Positions 28,651-38,900 of a stretch of 64,000 nt of DNA are shown here, piece after piece (positions within the stretch are counted from its first letter, which is position 1; the number at the start of each line of letters is the position of its first letter). Source of the DNA: a virus. The translations under genes were made by a program, and so were the position numbers. The notes beneath the pieces are model-generated. The model searched no databases and was not told the origin of the DNA. It was given only the letters and a program-made list of their open reading frames with translations. The stretch is from IMG/VR virus record IMGVR_UViG_3300042691_033066, positions 1-64,000 of that record. One strand, given 5' to 3'.

Positions 28651-31600
28651 ATGGCAAGAACTAGAAAATCTATACAGCCGTTAAATTTATACAAATATGA
28701 CGTATTAATTGAAGACCAAGGTACACGTTCCGACTACTTTAAAATTAGCCAATTTGACGGCTATTTTTATGGTGGTCGTAACGCATTTCTGGTGGCGGGA
28801 GCTGGTTCGTTAAAGCCCAATTCTAAGATATTAGTAGAAATTTTAAACGTAGACGGAACAACGGTATACAGTGCACCAGTTACTCAATTCGTAGAAGGTA
28901 ATTCTCGACTCATTCAAGTCGAAATATATAACGATACCCCCATCGGAGCTGGTAAAATTGTTATATTGGGATCCACCGATACATATTTGGACGGATCTCC
29001 AGTGCCTCCTGAATGGAAGGACAAATATAATGTTCGTTGGATAACTGACGTTATTATTTCCCCGTTGATAGAAAATAAGACGCCAATTCGTTTTGCGACA
29101 ACTCCATCGGTGGTGGTAGAAGAAAAATTTTACCGAATACCAAGTTCTTCTATATTCACAGAAAAGGTACTGGTACCAATAAGTGTACAACTAACACCAA
29201 AATACTATAGTGTATTTCAAAACGGTTATCAACTTAAAATATCAGGATCACAAGACTCGCAATTTTTATCCGAATATCAAGATGGCATAATCACTGGATC
29301 TGTTGCAGTAAAAGACGGAGAAACTGCTTCTTTATCGTTACCTATAACACGAATATTTAACAGTACATTAGCAGAATCACAAGGTTCACTAATTTACACA
29401 AACACAAATAAGTTAATTACCGAGGGGTTTATAAGTGGCGGCGGTGGATTTTATACGTCTTCGCTTTCTCCACTTGGAACCGTAATACTTACAAGTAGTC
29501 TAAATTTACAATATAGTAAATTGGAAACATTCAACACGGGTTCTGCAGTTTCATATGCAAACCTACGTGTAGTTGATGCAAAAACATTATCTGGTGAAAT
29601 TCACAAAGTACGTGTTTCGTATAAGAACGCAACAGACCCAGGTGAATACGTTACATTATCTGATGTTAACGTTGCCGTACAAGAACTACTGGCAGTTGAT
29701 AGTGCAAGTAAAATAGTCGAGACGGGTAAGTTTAATACGATCTTGGCAAATGATTATTGGTATACTGCTACCATGTCGTTGCAAAAAAATGAAAATACGC
29801 CAACAATACCTCTGTACTACAAATCATCGTCATTAATTTCTAACAGTATTCCTTTAACACAAAGTAATGCAGATTTATTAGATTCTATTAATGTAACACC
29901 AACAATTGTAAATAATGCTTATATCAACGATGTATCTTACTTCATAGGAACAAGAACAGGAAATTCTGTACAAGTCTTTCCTCGCAGTGAATATACACTT
30001 GCATTTGATGCAGTGGTTTCCAAAAAGTCGGGATCGGTTGAACTAAATCAAGCAGATTACTCGTTGGAAGTATATTTGGTTGCACACGAAAATTCTACCA
30101 CAAAATTATTAGAGACTAATTTACGTGGACAATTGCTCGGAACATTAACTCCATCAAGTACATTTACTAAACAAAATTTTGAAGGTACAGAGTTTAATTT
30201 CACTCCAAAGATTATTGATTCTGGAGATTTTGGATTACGATTTATTGCTTATGGCGGTAACTGGAATATTGCAAACATATCACTAAAACCGGCAGAAGAA
30301 CCGTTCTTCAGTCCAGATGAAATTGATATTTTGGTTCCAAATGTAAATTACACAGACAAAATTCTTTCGTTTAAACTGCAATATTTGGACGTAAATAATA
30401 ATTCTGTTGCCACTTCAACACTTTCCATACCAACATATTTTACGGGGTCTGAAGAGTTAGTAATTACCACTGTAACAAATAGCGTTACATCGTCCTATGC
30501 AGAAACGGCATCATTTGTCACACATCAAAATCCCGGCGACAATCGTGTCATTACATCGTTGGGATCGGGTAGTTTAACTGGAGAATCTAATTTACGGTTT
30601 GATGGATCTACGTTAAGTGTTACCGGATCAATGGTGGTGTCGGGTTCTTCTACATTACGAAACATTGGACCTGCACAATTTACGGGATCGGTAAATATTT
30701 CCGGTAGTGCAACGGTCACGGGCAATCTAACGGTTTCGGGATTGTTATCGGCAAATTCACAGTCCATAACATATGTAAGTTCTTCTCAGTTAAATGTGGG
30801 AACAAATATCATCACGGTCAATGTACAGAATCCCATCCCACGATTCGGCGGAATAGCAGTTATTGATTCGGGTTCTTCGCCACAACGTAGTGGATCGTTA
30901 CTATTTGATTCACAAAATGATCAATGGATCTTTGTCCACCAGAATCAAACCAATCCAACATCCTCTGTATTATTGATGGGTCCACAAACATACAATAATA
31001 TTGGGAATGAAACTGCTCTAACTAACAATTATCTGTTGAAATCGGTGAACGCAGAACATGTGGGTGACTCGCAGGTTTATGATAATGGGACAAATGTGGG
31101 GATTGGTACTGCAAGTCCAACCGAAAAGCTAGAAGTCAGTGGAAGTTTGAAAGGAATTGGAGTAGAAACTAGTTTATACAATTTTAAAAATATTTACGGA
31201 CGTTTAAGTGATTCATTATTACACGTTGCCGGTGGAAGTGGTCTTAATGGACTACTTTACTTAAATTACAATGGCGGAACCGTATCAATTGGACAATCAA
31301 CTGCTGCGGTGTTTAGTGTCAACGCAGGAAACGGATTGTATGTAACGACAGGTAATAACGTTGGAATCGGTACTACAAGTCCATCTGGTCCATTACAAGT
31401 CGGTCCATCCAGCGGAACGCCAATGGGATGGGTATATTTTAATAATAATGTTGGGCCATCAAACTCAACTCCTGCGGCAATAACTAGTTTAGCAATGGGA
31501 TGGAATCCATCCAATGGTGGTGGAGAAGCAATTATTGCTTACGGATCAGGGTCAAGCGGTGGTGCGGGAGGTGGTTCTGCTCGGAGATTATCACTTGCAG

Positions 31601-34600
31601 AATGGAATGGCACTACACTAACTGAAGTATTAACTCTACAAAATGCTAAAGTTGGTATTGGTACCACGAGTCCCGCAAATAAATTACAAATTGGATCGGT
31701 TGGTTCGTCCGGCTATGGCGGAAATGATTTAGCAATTGGTAATGGTACACAAGTGATGGCATTTTATCAATATTCCGGTGGTCCGTCTGCATGGTTTACA
31801 AACACAAATTTTTCATTAATGCCATCGGGGGTAGGAAGTACTGGAAACGTTGGTATTGGTACCACGAGTCCGACACAAAAATTAGATGTTAACGGTAGTA
31901 TTGCCTCGCGTGGTGTAGAAATCATAACATCAGACGGTACTGCAAATTATTTAAAAACCGGAGCAGCTCTATATCTTCAATACGGATCAACCAATCTTGG
32001 TATATTAACTGCTGATGGTAAACTTGGTATCGGCACCTTATCACCAACCTCATTACTACACTTATCATCATCTACTGCTCAAATAACAATAGACAGTTCT
32101 AATGATGCAGCCTCGTGGACAAGTGGAATAATACTAAAAACGAAGTTTTATAGAGGATCTGGCATACGATACGATAGTAAAGACGGTAACGAAAAGTGGT
32201 ATGCGGGTGTTCCGTATGCAAGTAGTTATCTGGGTTATCAAATTGGATATGATGGATCTTCCGCAGGTACTCCTGAATATTTAGCAAGTGCGTCATTATA
32301 CATTAATAGTTCACGAAATGTCGGTATTGGTACCACGAGTCCTGGATCAAAACTACAAGTTGCTGGTGATATTCGGTTTGGTACGAACGGAACATACACA
32401 GATCTTCGTATGTACACAGACACTGCATTAAGTGGATATAATCAAACAAATATTATCACACCTACAACGATACCTGGTGGTGGAACAGCACTAACGGCAT
32501 TATATTTGAAAAATGCAGTCAGTGTAGGAACCAACAGAATGGATTTAATTGTGGATGGTAACGTCGGCATTGGTACGACAAGTCCAACGGCTAAACTTGT
32601 CGTTAATGGAAGTAATAACGGAGGTCTTTCTTTAGCAGTTAATGGATCTGACACGGAAGGAACGGTTGCCAAGTTTGCAAGGGGTGGAAGTGAAAAGAAT
32701 TTTTATGTTAATAATACGAATAACCAATATGTTAATTTAAGTACGGAAGGTGATTTTAGATTTAAAGTAGGAGTTACTACAGATCAACCGTATTCAACCG
32801 GCGTTTCAGCTATGGTTATTAGTAGTAGTGGTAATGTCGGTATCGGTACCACAAGTCCCGCAACTCCATTGGATGTTAGTGGCGGTACCGCTGGAACTGG
32901 TGGTTGGAACAGAACGGCAACATTAACTGCGACATATCCTATATTACTTTTTAATAGTAACGGTACAAAGTGGGCGGGTATAGGATACGATTATAGTACA
33001 GCAATGCGTATTTGGGTAAACTCAAATAATAACAATGTTTCCGCAAATACATCAATAGTAACGATTGCAAATACTGGTAGAGTTGGAATTGGAGCAGAAA
33101 CTCCTGATTCATTATTACACATACAATCGGCATCTAATGCAATAGTTCGTATTGATTCAACTAACGCGGTGAATAATGCAGAATTAAAATTATCATACAA
33201 TACGTCTGATTCGCATGGAATGACACTGCGATACAACGGAAATAATGCGTTAGCGTATATTGATAACACGTATCCGACGGCAAGTGGTCAAGTATACGGG
33301 GATATTTACTTCCGTCAAAATATCAACGGAACCATGACCTCCCGAATGATGATTCAAGCGCAAACGGGTAATGTCGGTATCGGTACGACGAGTCCCGGAC
33401 AAAAACTTGATATAGTTGGAAGATTACGATTCCGTTCCGATGGATCCGTTAGTGCAGGAGCTTGGCACACTGATAGTAGTGGAACTCAAGATGTGTTTGT
33501 TGGACAAGTAGGAACTGCTTATACGGATGATTGGGGTGTTTATACAAATGGTAATTGGCGGTTTCAAATTAGAAGAGGTGATGGATTAATATATTTAAAC
33601 GGAAAAACTGCATTTGAGTCAGCAGATAGTTGGTTGCGAGTTAACCAAAGTGCTGCATTTAGTTCTGGCGTATGGTTCGGTAGTACTCCAAATATAGGTC
33701 TTGGTGGAACTGATTCCTATTTGAGTCTAGGTAGTAATGGCGGCACCACAAACTCTCGTATATATTTCCGAGCAGGAACGTATAACGGCACCAACGTCAT
33801 GAATTTTGATGGAACTACTGGAAATGCGTATTATGCAGGAAATATTGGTATTGGTGTATCACCAACGAGTAATAGATTAGACATTCAAGGTGGACATACC
33901 ACTACAACCGCGAGATTATACTCAATAGGCGATGGTGCCACGTTAAATGCATCATTAGATATGTGGGCATCGGAACCAGGCGTAACATACGATGGATCCG
34001 GCATCGGTAATAATGTGAATGGTCATCCGTATTACGGAAGACGAAACACTAGTCTGGCTCAATCTTATATTAGATTTTTTAATGGAAACATATTTTTTGA
34101 TGCAGATTCAACGGACGCGTTGGGGGATACACGACTGTTTATTAGTTCTAGTGGAAACGTCGGTATCGGTACGACGAGTCCACTATATAAGTTACACAAC
34201 GCGGGTACAACTTATGTTGGGGACACGGTTTCATTTGGTGCGGGTGGTAATTCATTAATTAGTTGGACAACTGGATTTAGTGACGGTACAACTTTATTAT
34301 TATATGGTCCAGACGCAGGTTCTATATATATTAGACCAAATGCAGCAAACTCAGGCATATTTCTTAAGAGTAATGGCAACGTCGGTATCGGTACCACAAA
34401 CCCAACGGCAAAGTTGTGTGTAGAAGGTGGCTCGGCAAACTGGAACGAAACAACTCCTGGCACATCAAACGGCACAATTCATTTGGACCCAGGTGTAGCC
34501 ACGGATAATTTTGGTAATGCAATTACTTTTGGCGCAAGTGATTCTTCAAATGGTGAAAATGCACAAGCTGGTATCTACGTCAGAACCGATGGAAGTTATG

Positions 34601-35265
34601 GTTCTAAAATGTATTTTGCAACATCTAATAATTACGGAGCCGGCGCAACTACCAGAATGTATGTTGCCCATGACGGAAAAGTAGGTATCAATACAACATC
34701 CCCATCTAGAACACTACATGTAGTAGGTGATATTTTAGGAGAAGGTACCAACGGATATGGATTAAATGCATCATCTGGGAGATATTATTTCTTTGACAAT
34801 TTCACAGGGAATAATTATATAGGATTAGGTAGCTCAAACTCCGTTGCTCTAGCGGCAGGTGGTAGTGTTACATTAACGGTTACATCTGGAATTCTTGATG
34901 TAACTGGTCAAGTACGTGCCACCAACGAAATTACTGCATATTATTCTGACGCTAGACTCAAGAATTTCCACGGAACGATTAAAGAATCATTAATTAAAAT
35001 AACCAAATTAAATGGATATTATTTTACGGAAAATGAAACTGCCAAATCGTTGGGATATAAGAATGATAAGATGCAAATTGGAGTAAGTGCGCAAGAAGTA
35101 CAAGCGGTACTTCCTGAAGCGGTAGTCCCCGCACCCATTGACGATATGTATTTAACAGTCAAGTATGAAAAACTCGTCCCGTTATTGATAGAAGCAATCA
35201 AGGAACAACAAGTATTAATTGAACAACTTCAAGAGCGGGTAAACATGCTAGGTGAGACACGATAA
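28651..35265 (+). CDS. Long modular tail fibre with C-terminal intramolecular chaperone (peptidase S74)
   Basis: About 14 GNVGIGTTSP-type joints; C-terminal YSDARLK..GVSAQEVQAVLPEAV..YEKLVPLLIEAIKE. Confidence 0.9.
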   Translation: MARTRKSIQPLNLYKYDVLIEDQGTRSDYFKISQFDGYFYGGRNAFLVAGAGSLKPNSKILVEILNVDGTTVYSAPVTQFVEGNSRLIQVEIYNDTPIGAGKIVILGSTDTYLDGSPVPPEWKDKYNVRWITDVIISPLIENKTPIRFATTPSVVVEEKFYRIPSSSIFTEKVLVPISVQLTPKYYSVFQNGYQLKISGSQDSQFLSEYQDGIITGSVAVKDGETASLSLPITRIFNSTLAESQGSLIYTNTNKLITEGFISGGGGFYTSSLSPLGTVILTSSLNLQYSKLETFNTGSAVSYANLRVVDAKTLSGEIHKVRVSYKNATDPGEYVTLSDVNVAVQELLAVDSASKIVETGKFNTILANDYWYTATMSLQKNENTPTIPLYYKSSSLISNSIPLTQSNADLLDSINVTPTIVNNAYINDVSYFIGTRTGNSVQVFPRSEYTLAFDAVVSKKSGSVELNQADYSLEVYLVAHENSTTKLLETNLRGQLLGTLTPSSTFTKQNFEGTEFNFTPKIIDSGDFGLRFIAYGGNWNIANISLKPAEEPFFSPDEIDILVPNVNYTDKILSFKLQYLDVNNNSVATSTLSIPTYFTGSEELVITTVTNSVTSSYAETASFVTHQNPGDNRVITSLGSGSLTGESNLRFDGSTLSVTGSMVVSGSSTLRNIGPAQFTGSVNISGSATVTGNLTVSGLLSANSQSITYVSSSQLNVGTNIITVNVQNPIPRFGGIAVIDSGSSPQRSGSLLFDSQNDQWIFVHQNQTNPTSSVLLMGPQTYNNIGNETALTNNYLLKSVNAEHVGDSQVYDNGTNVGIGTASPTEKLEVSGSLKGIGVETSLYNFKNIYGRLSDSLLHVAGGSGLNGLLYLNYNGGTVSIGQSTAAVFSVNAGNGLYVTTGNNVGIGTTSPSGPLQVGPSSGTPMGWVYFNNNVGPSNSTPAAITSLAMGWNPSNGGGEAIIAYGSGSSGGAGGGSARRLSLAEWNGTTLTEVLTLQNAKVGIGTTSPANKLQIGSVGSSGYGGNDLAIGNGTQVMAFYQYSGGPSAWFTNTNFSLMPSGVGSTGNVGIGTTSPTQKLDVNGSIASRGVEIITSDGTANYLKTGAALYLQYGSTNLGILTADGKLGIGTLSPTSLLHLSSSTAQITIDSSNDAASWTSGIILKTKFYRGSGIRYDSKDGNEKWYAGVPYASSYLGYQIGYDGSSAGTPEYLASASLYINSSRNVGIGTTSPGSKLQVAGDIRFGTNGTYTDLRMYTDTALSGYNQTNIITPTTIPGGGTALTALYLKNAVSVGTNRMDLIVDGNVGIGTTSPTAKLVVNGSNNGGLSLAVNGSDTEGTVAKFARGGSEKNFYVNNTNNQYVNLSTEGDFRFKVGVTTDQPYSTGVSAMVISSSGNVGIGTTSPATPLDVSGGTAGTGGWNRTATLTATYPILLFNSNGTKWAGIGYDYSTAMRIWVNSNNNNVSANTSIVTIANTGRVGIGAETPDSLLHIQSASNAIVRIDSTNAVNNAELKLSYNTSDSHGMTLRYNGNNALAYIDNTYPTASGQVYGDIYFRQNINGTMTSRMMIQAQTGNVGIGTTSPGQKLDIVGRLRFRSDGSVSAGAWHTDSSGTQDVFVGQVGTAYTDDWGVYTNGNWRFQIRRGDGLIYLNGKTAFESADSWLRVNQSAAFSSGVWFGSTPNIGLGGTDSYLSLGSNGGTTNSRIYFRAGTYNGTNVMNFDGTTGNAYYAGNIGIGVSPTSNRLDIQGGHTTTTARLYSIGDGATLNASLDMWASEPGVTYDGSGIGNNVNGHPYYGRRNTSLAQSYIRFFNGNIFFDADSTDALGDTRLFISSSGNVGIGTTSPLYKLHNAGTTYVGDTVSFGAGGNSLISWTTGFSDGTTLLLYGPDAGSIYIRPNAANSGIFLKSNGNVGIGTTNPTAKLCVEGGSANWNETTPGTSNGTIHLDPGVATDNFGNAITFGASDSSNGENAQAGIYVRTDGSYGSKMYFATSNNYGAGATTRMYVAHDGKVGINTTSPSRTLHVVGDILGEGTNGYGLNASSGRYYFFDNFTGNNYIGLGSSNSVALAAGGSVTLTVTSGILDVTGQVRATNEITAYYSDARLKNFHGTIKESLIKITKLNGYYFTENETAKSLGYKNDKMQIGVSAQEVQAVLPEAVVPAPIDDMYLTVKYEKLVPLLIEAIKEQQVLIEQLQERVNMLGETR
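31651..34403 (+). repeat. Dispersed near-identical 23-nt repeats at fibre module joints
   Basis: GTTGGTATTGGTACCACGAGTCC at 31651 and 31849; GTCGGTATCGGTACGACGAGTCC at 33373 and 34159; variants at 32320, 32563, 32836, 34381. Confidence 0.85.
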
Positions 35266-35447
35266 TGGGATTAATACCAGCCACAGGATCGGCGATACAG
35301 TTGAGTCGCGTTGCAGGTGCGTATGGATTAGCTACGACGAATGCAAAGGTTAATGCTACCGCCGTATCTGCTGGATTAAAAACTGCTAATGCGCAAACGC
35401 CATTATCGTCTACATTTGGTGGACGTACCACACCAAATACCTATTGA
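35265..35447 (+). CDS. Small fibre-associated protein
   Basis: 60 aa, coupled to the fibre stop; MGLIPATGSAIQLS..LSSTFGGRTTP. Confidence 0.6.
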   Translation: MGLIPATGSAIQLSRVAGAYGLATTNAKVNATAVSAGLKTANAQTPLSSTFGGRTTPNTY

Positions 35448-35472
35448 CATATAACGGTTGTGTAATTATATT
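35444..35472 (+). promoter_or_regulatory. Sigma70-type promoter
   Basis: TTGACA (35444-49), 17 nt, TATATT (35467-72). Confidence 0.7.
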
Positions 35473-35500
35473 TAACGATTAACCAATTATTGGGGGTTTT

Positions 35501-35905
35501 ATGAAGTTACGAAACGAACAGATATTAAATGTATTTGCTGGACTGAATTCACTGGGAAATGAAAAGTTTTCCGCAAAGTTGGCATGGAAAATTTCTACTG
35601 CTCGCGGCGCTCTTACTCCGTTCGTGGAATCCTTGGAAAAGGCAATGAGTGAACTGCGACTAAAGTATGCAATCCGCGACGAAGAAGGGAATCCAGTACC
35701 TGCGGTGGATGAAAACGGAAAGTCAGTGGAAGGTACTATACAAGTATCTCGGGAAAACGTCCCGGTATTAAATAAAGAGTTGACAGATTTGTTAAGTGTA
35801 GAAACGGATGTAGAAAACGTTAGTCTCTCCGTCAATGATTTCCCCGATACATTGGAAATCTCACCAAATGCGTTGGCAGCATTACAACCAATTCTTCATG
35901 ATTAA
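35501..35905 (+). CDS. Hypothetical protein, possible fibre assembly chaperone
   Basis: 134 aa, helical; own promoter and GGGGG SD. Confidence 0.65.
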   Translation: MKLRNEQILNVFAGLNSLGNEKFSAKLAWKISTARGALTPFVESLEKAMSELRLKYAIRDEEGNPVPAVDENGKSVEGTIQVSRENVPVLNKELTDLLSVETDVENVSLSVNDFPDTLEISPNALAALQPILHD

Positions 35906-35927
35906 ACATATTTGATTATTGGGTAGA

Positions 35928-35935
35928 TATTTATA
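35928..35935 (+). promoter_or_regulatory. Putative late promoter TATTTATA
   Basis: Intergenic, 30 nt before ATG 35966. Confidence 0.6.
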
Positions 35936-35965
35936 AGAAGGTTAAATATTTACCCAATATGACTT

Positions 35966-38900
35966 ATGAATGAAGAAAATAATCCATACGACTCACCAGA
36001 TTACGCACTCAATGGATTCACGGGAACGTTTAAAAAAGTTCCCCCTCCAGAAGATAAAGAGACGTTAACTCGTCGATTTGCCGATTTAGATCCAGTGGAC
36101 GAGGAAACGTCCAGTACAGAACGAGTTCGTAGGTATTATAAGAGACATCCCGAAAAAGTCCGTAAATATTTAAAGGATACCGTGAAAGATCGTGTAGCCC
36201 GTAATCGTGATCGGGCAAAAGCCGTTAAAAAACACGGGAAAGAAAAGATGAAAAACCATGACGTGCATCATCCAAATGGACCGCAGAACGGTGGTGCACG
36301 GCTGGCTAAAAAAGATCATGGTCGGGATAAAGTCAATGAAATTTTTGAGTTGGTAGTGGAAAACACTAACTTACAAAATATTTATCAATTCGTAGAATAT
36401 GCCGTCCGACGACTAAACATCAAAAATACTCCAAAAATTGTCGTATTGGAACCGAAACCTGATATGACTTCGTTGGGATCGTATGACGTACTAACCAATA
36501 CGATTAGTGTTGTTGCTCGTGGACGGATGTTAGCGGACATTCTTCGGACGATTGCGCACGAGATGGCGCACCAACGGCAAAATGAAATGGGAATCATCAC
36601 CAATCCGGCAGTTGATGGAGCAACGGGGTCACCCATAGAAAATCAAGCAAATAGTGTCGCAGGTATCTTATTACGAGATTACGGACGACAAAATAAAAAC
36701 ATCTATCTATCAGAACACTTATTGGTGGAAGGTGGTGCTCATGGTCATTTAGCACATCCATTTGAAGATACCGATTTATCGTTTAATGATTTTGATGAAA
36801 TGATCAATCGGTCATTAGTGGGCAATTTGGAAAAAGAAGGGCCTGTCGTAGAAAAAATGGACGGACAAAATATTGCCTTTACCATTCGTGATGGTAAGGT
36901 GGTCTTTGCACGTAATAAAGGACATCTAAAGAATCGTGCAGAAAAGGCATTGTCTGCCGAAGAATTGACTACAATGTTTGCTGGTCGTGGAGAGATCTCC
37001 GATGCGTTTGCTAAAGCAGCCGAAGACATTGAAGCTGCTATGAGTAAATTATCGCCAGATGAAATTGAACAAGTGTTTGGAAATGGAAAACGGGTGATGA
37101 GTACGGAAATTATTTATCCTGGTACTCGTAATGTTATTCCTTATGATAAGACGGTATTAGTATTTCATGGTACATTAGAACATGACGATGCTGGAGAAAA
37201 GGTCGGTGTTCAAAATACTGAAAATGGAAAAGTCATTGCTAATGCAGTTACTAAAGCAAATGCAGATAAACAACGTACATTCGGTATATCTGGTCCACGA
37301 ACGGTTGCTATTTCTGATCAAGTCACAGAAGAAATGCAACAAGTATATTCTCGTTTATCACAAAAATTAGAAGATCTTCGTGCGCAGTATAATTTAAAAC
37401 CAACTGCCACATTACATGATTATTTGGAAGAGTGGTGGGGAGAACGTTTGACTGAAATAGAAAGTCAACAAGGATTTAAGTTTACTAATCAAGAACGTAG
37501 TGGACTTACTGCTCGTTGGATTGATAACGATAAAACATTTGGTGTAAAAAATATATCTGACGAGAAAAAAGAGTGGTTTAGAGAATTTGAAAAGAATGAT
37601 TTGAAACCAATGCTTAAGCAATCCGTCAAACCAGTTGAACAAGTATTTTTATCGGCAGGTGTGTACTCATTAAAACGGGTAGTTGAATTTTTGTCGGCAA
37701 ATAATCCCGCAATGACTGATGAATTGAAAAAAGAATTTGCGGACAGTGTGCATGGTATACAACAAGCGGGTGGCCCTGAAAAATTACAAAAGTTAGAGTA
37801 TGAACTGGCTAGATTAAAAGAACTTGGTATTGATAACGTGGTACCAAGTGAAGGTTTAATATTCACGTATAATGGAAATCCGTACAAATTAACGGGTGCA
37901 TTTGCTCCAGTAAATCAAATTATTGGAACGATGAAATACGATAGAGCTCCTGAAAAGACAGAGACTCCAGCAACAGAACCTCAAAAAACCGAACCTGCGC
38001 CAGAAAAAGTAGCAGATGAACCCGTGCAACCAAAAACTCCAGCACAACCGCCCAAACCCATTGCAATTTATCCAGGACGGTTTCAACCATATCATGCGGG
38101 ACATCATGTTACGTATGAAGCATTGGTTGAAAAGTTTGGAAAAGAAAATGTGTATGTGGTGAGTTCAGACAAACAAGATAGTATTACGTCACCATTTGGT
38201 TTTAGTGACAAACAGGAAATCATGACAAGTATGTTTGATATCCCAGAAGATCGTATTATCCAAGTAAAAAATCCATACAATCCAATAGAGTTAACAAAGC
38301 AATTACCAGAAGGAACTCCTGTAGTATTTGCGGTCGGTGAAAAAGACGCTCAACGATTGGGTGGTAAATACTTCCAAAAATATGATCCAAATGAAAAAAT
38401 GGTAGGATACAAGCAAGCTGGATATGTGTGGATTGGACCACCACCAAATCTGGAAGTTAATGGAAAAGAAATCAGTGGAACGCAACTTCGGGCAGTTATG
38501 GGCGATCCGGCAATTACTGATAGAGCAAAGCAAGAAATTTTTACCAAAATATATGGTAAATTTGATAAGAAAATTTTTGATAAAGTGGTCAAAAAAACGT
38601 CTGATGCAGAAGAAGCTAAAAAGATAACCGCACAACACGGTGAAGAACCAGTTGTCGCAGAACCTGGTGCGAAAAAACCAACGAAAGGAAAAGGTAAAAA
38701 ACCAGACGAAAAAGCATTGGGCCGTGCTAAATCCGTATTGGGTCAAAAAGTTCGTAATCCAAAAACTGATCGTGACATTCTAGTTGCAACTGCCTTGAAA
38801 TACCCAACAGACGAACCCGTACGAAAAGCAGCAGAACGAATGGTACAACAAGCAATGTCACAAAAAGAAGGAGTGCTTACCGAAAATACAAAGTCTGATA

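Noticed and set aside
31651-34403. CRISPR array or DGR suggested by the 23-nt repeats
   Set aside because: Spacing is long and irregular, the repeats are in-frame coding, and there is no cas gene, reverse transcriptase or template/variable repeat pair in the window.
36100-36340. Mobile homing endonuclease or intein at the start of the 1208-aa gene
   Set aside because: The HNH-like segment is short and appears degenerate; no intein termini or intron structure seen, and terminase, portal and primase are uninterrupted.
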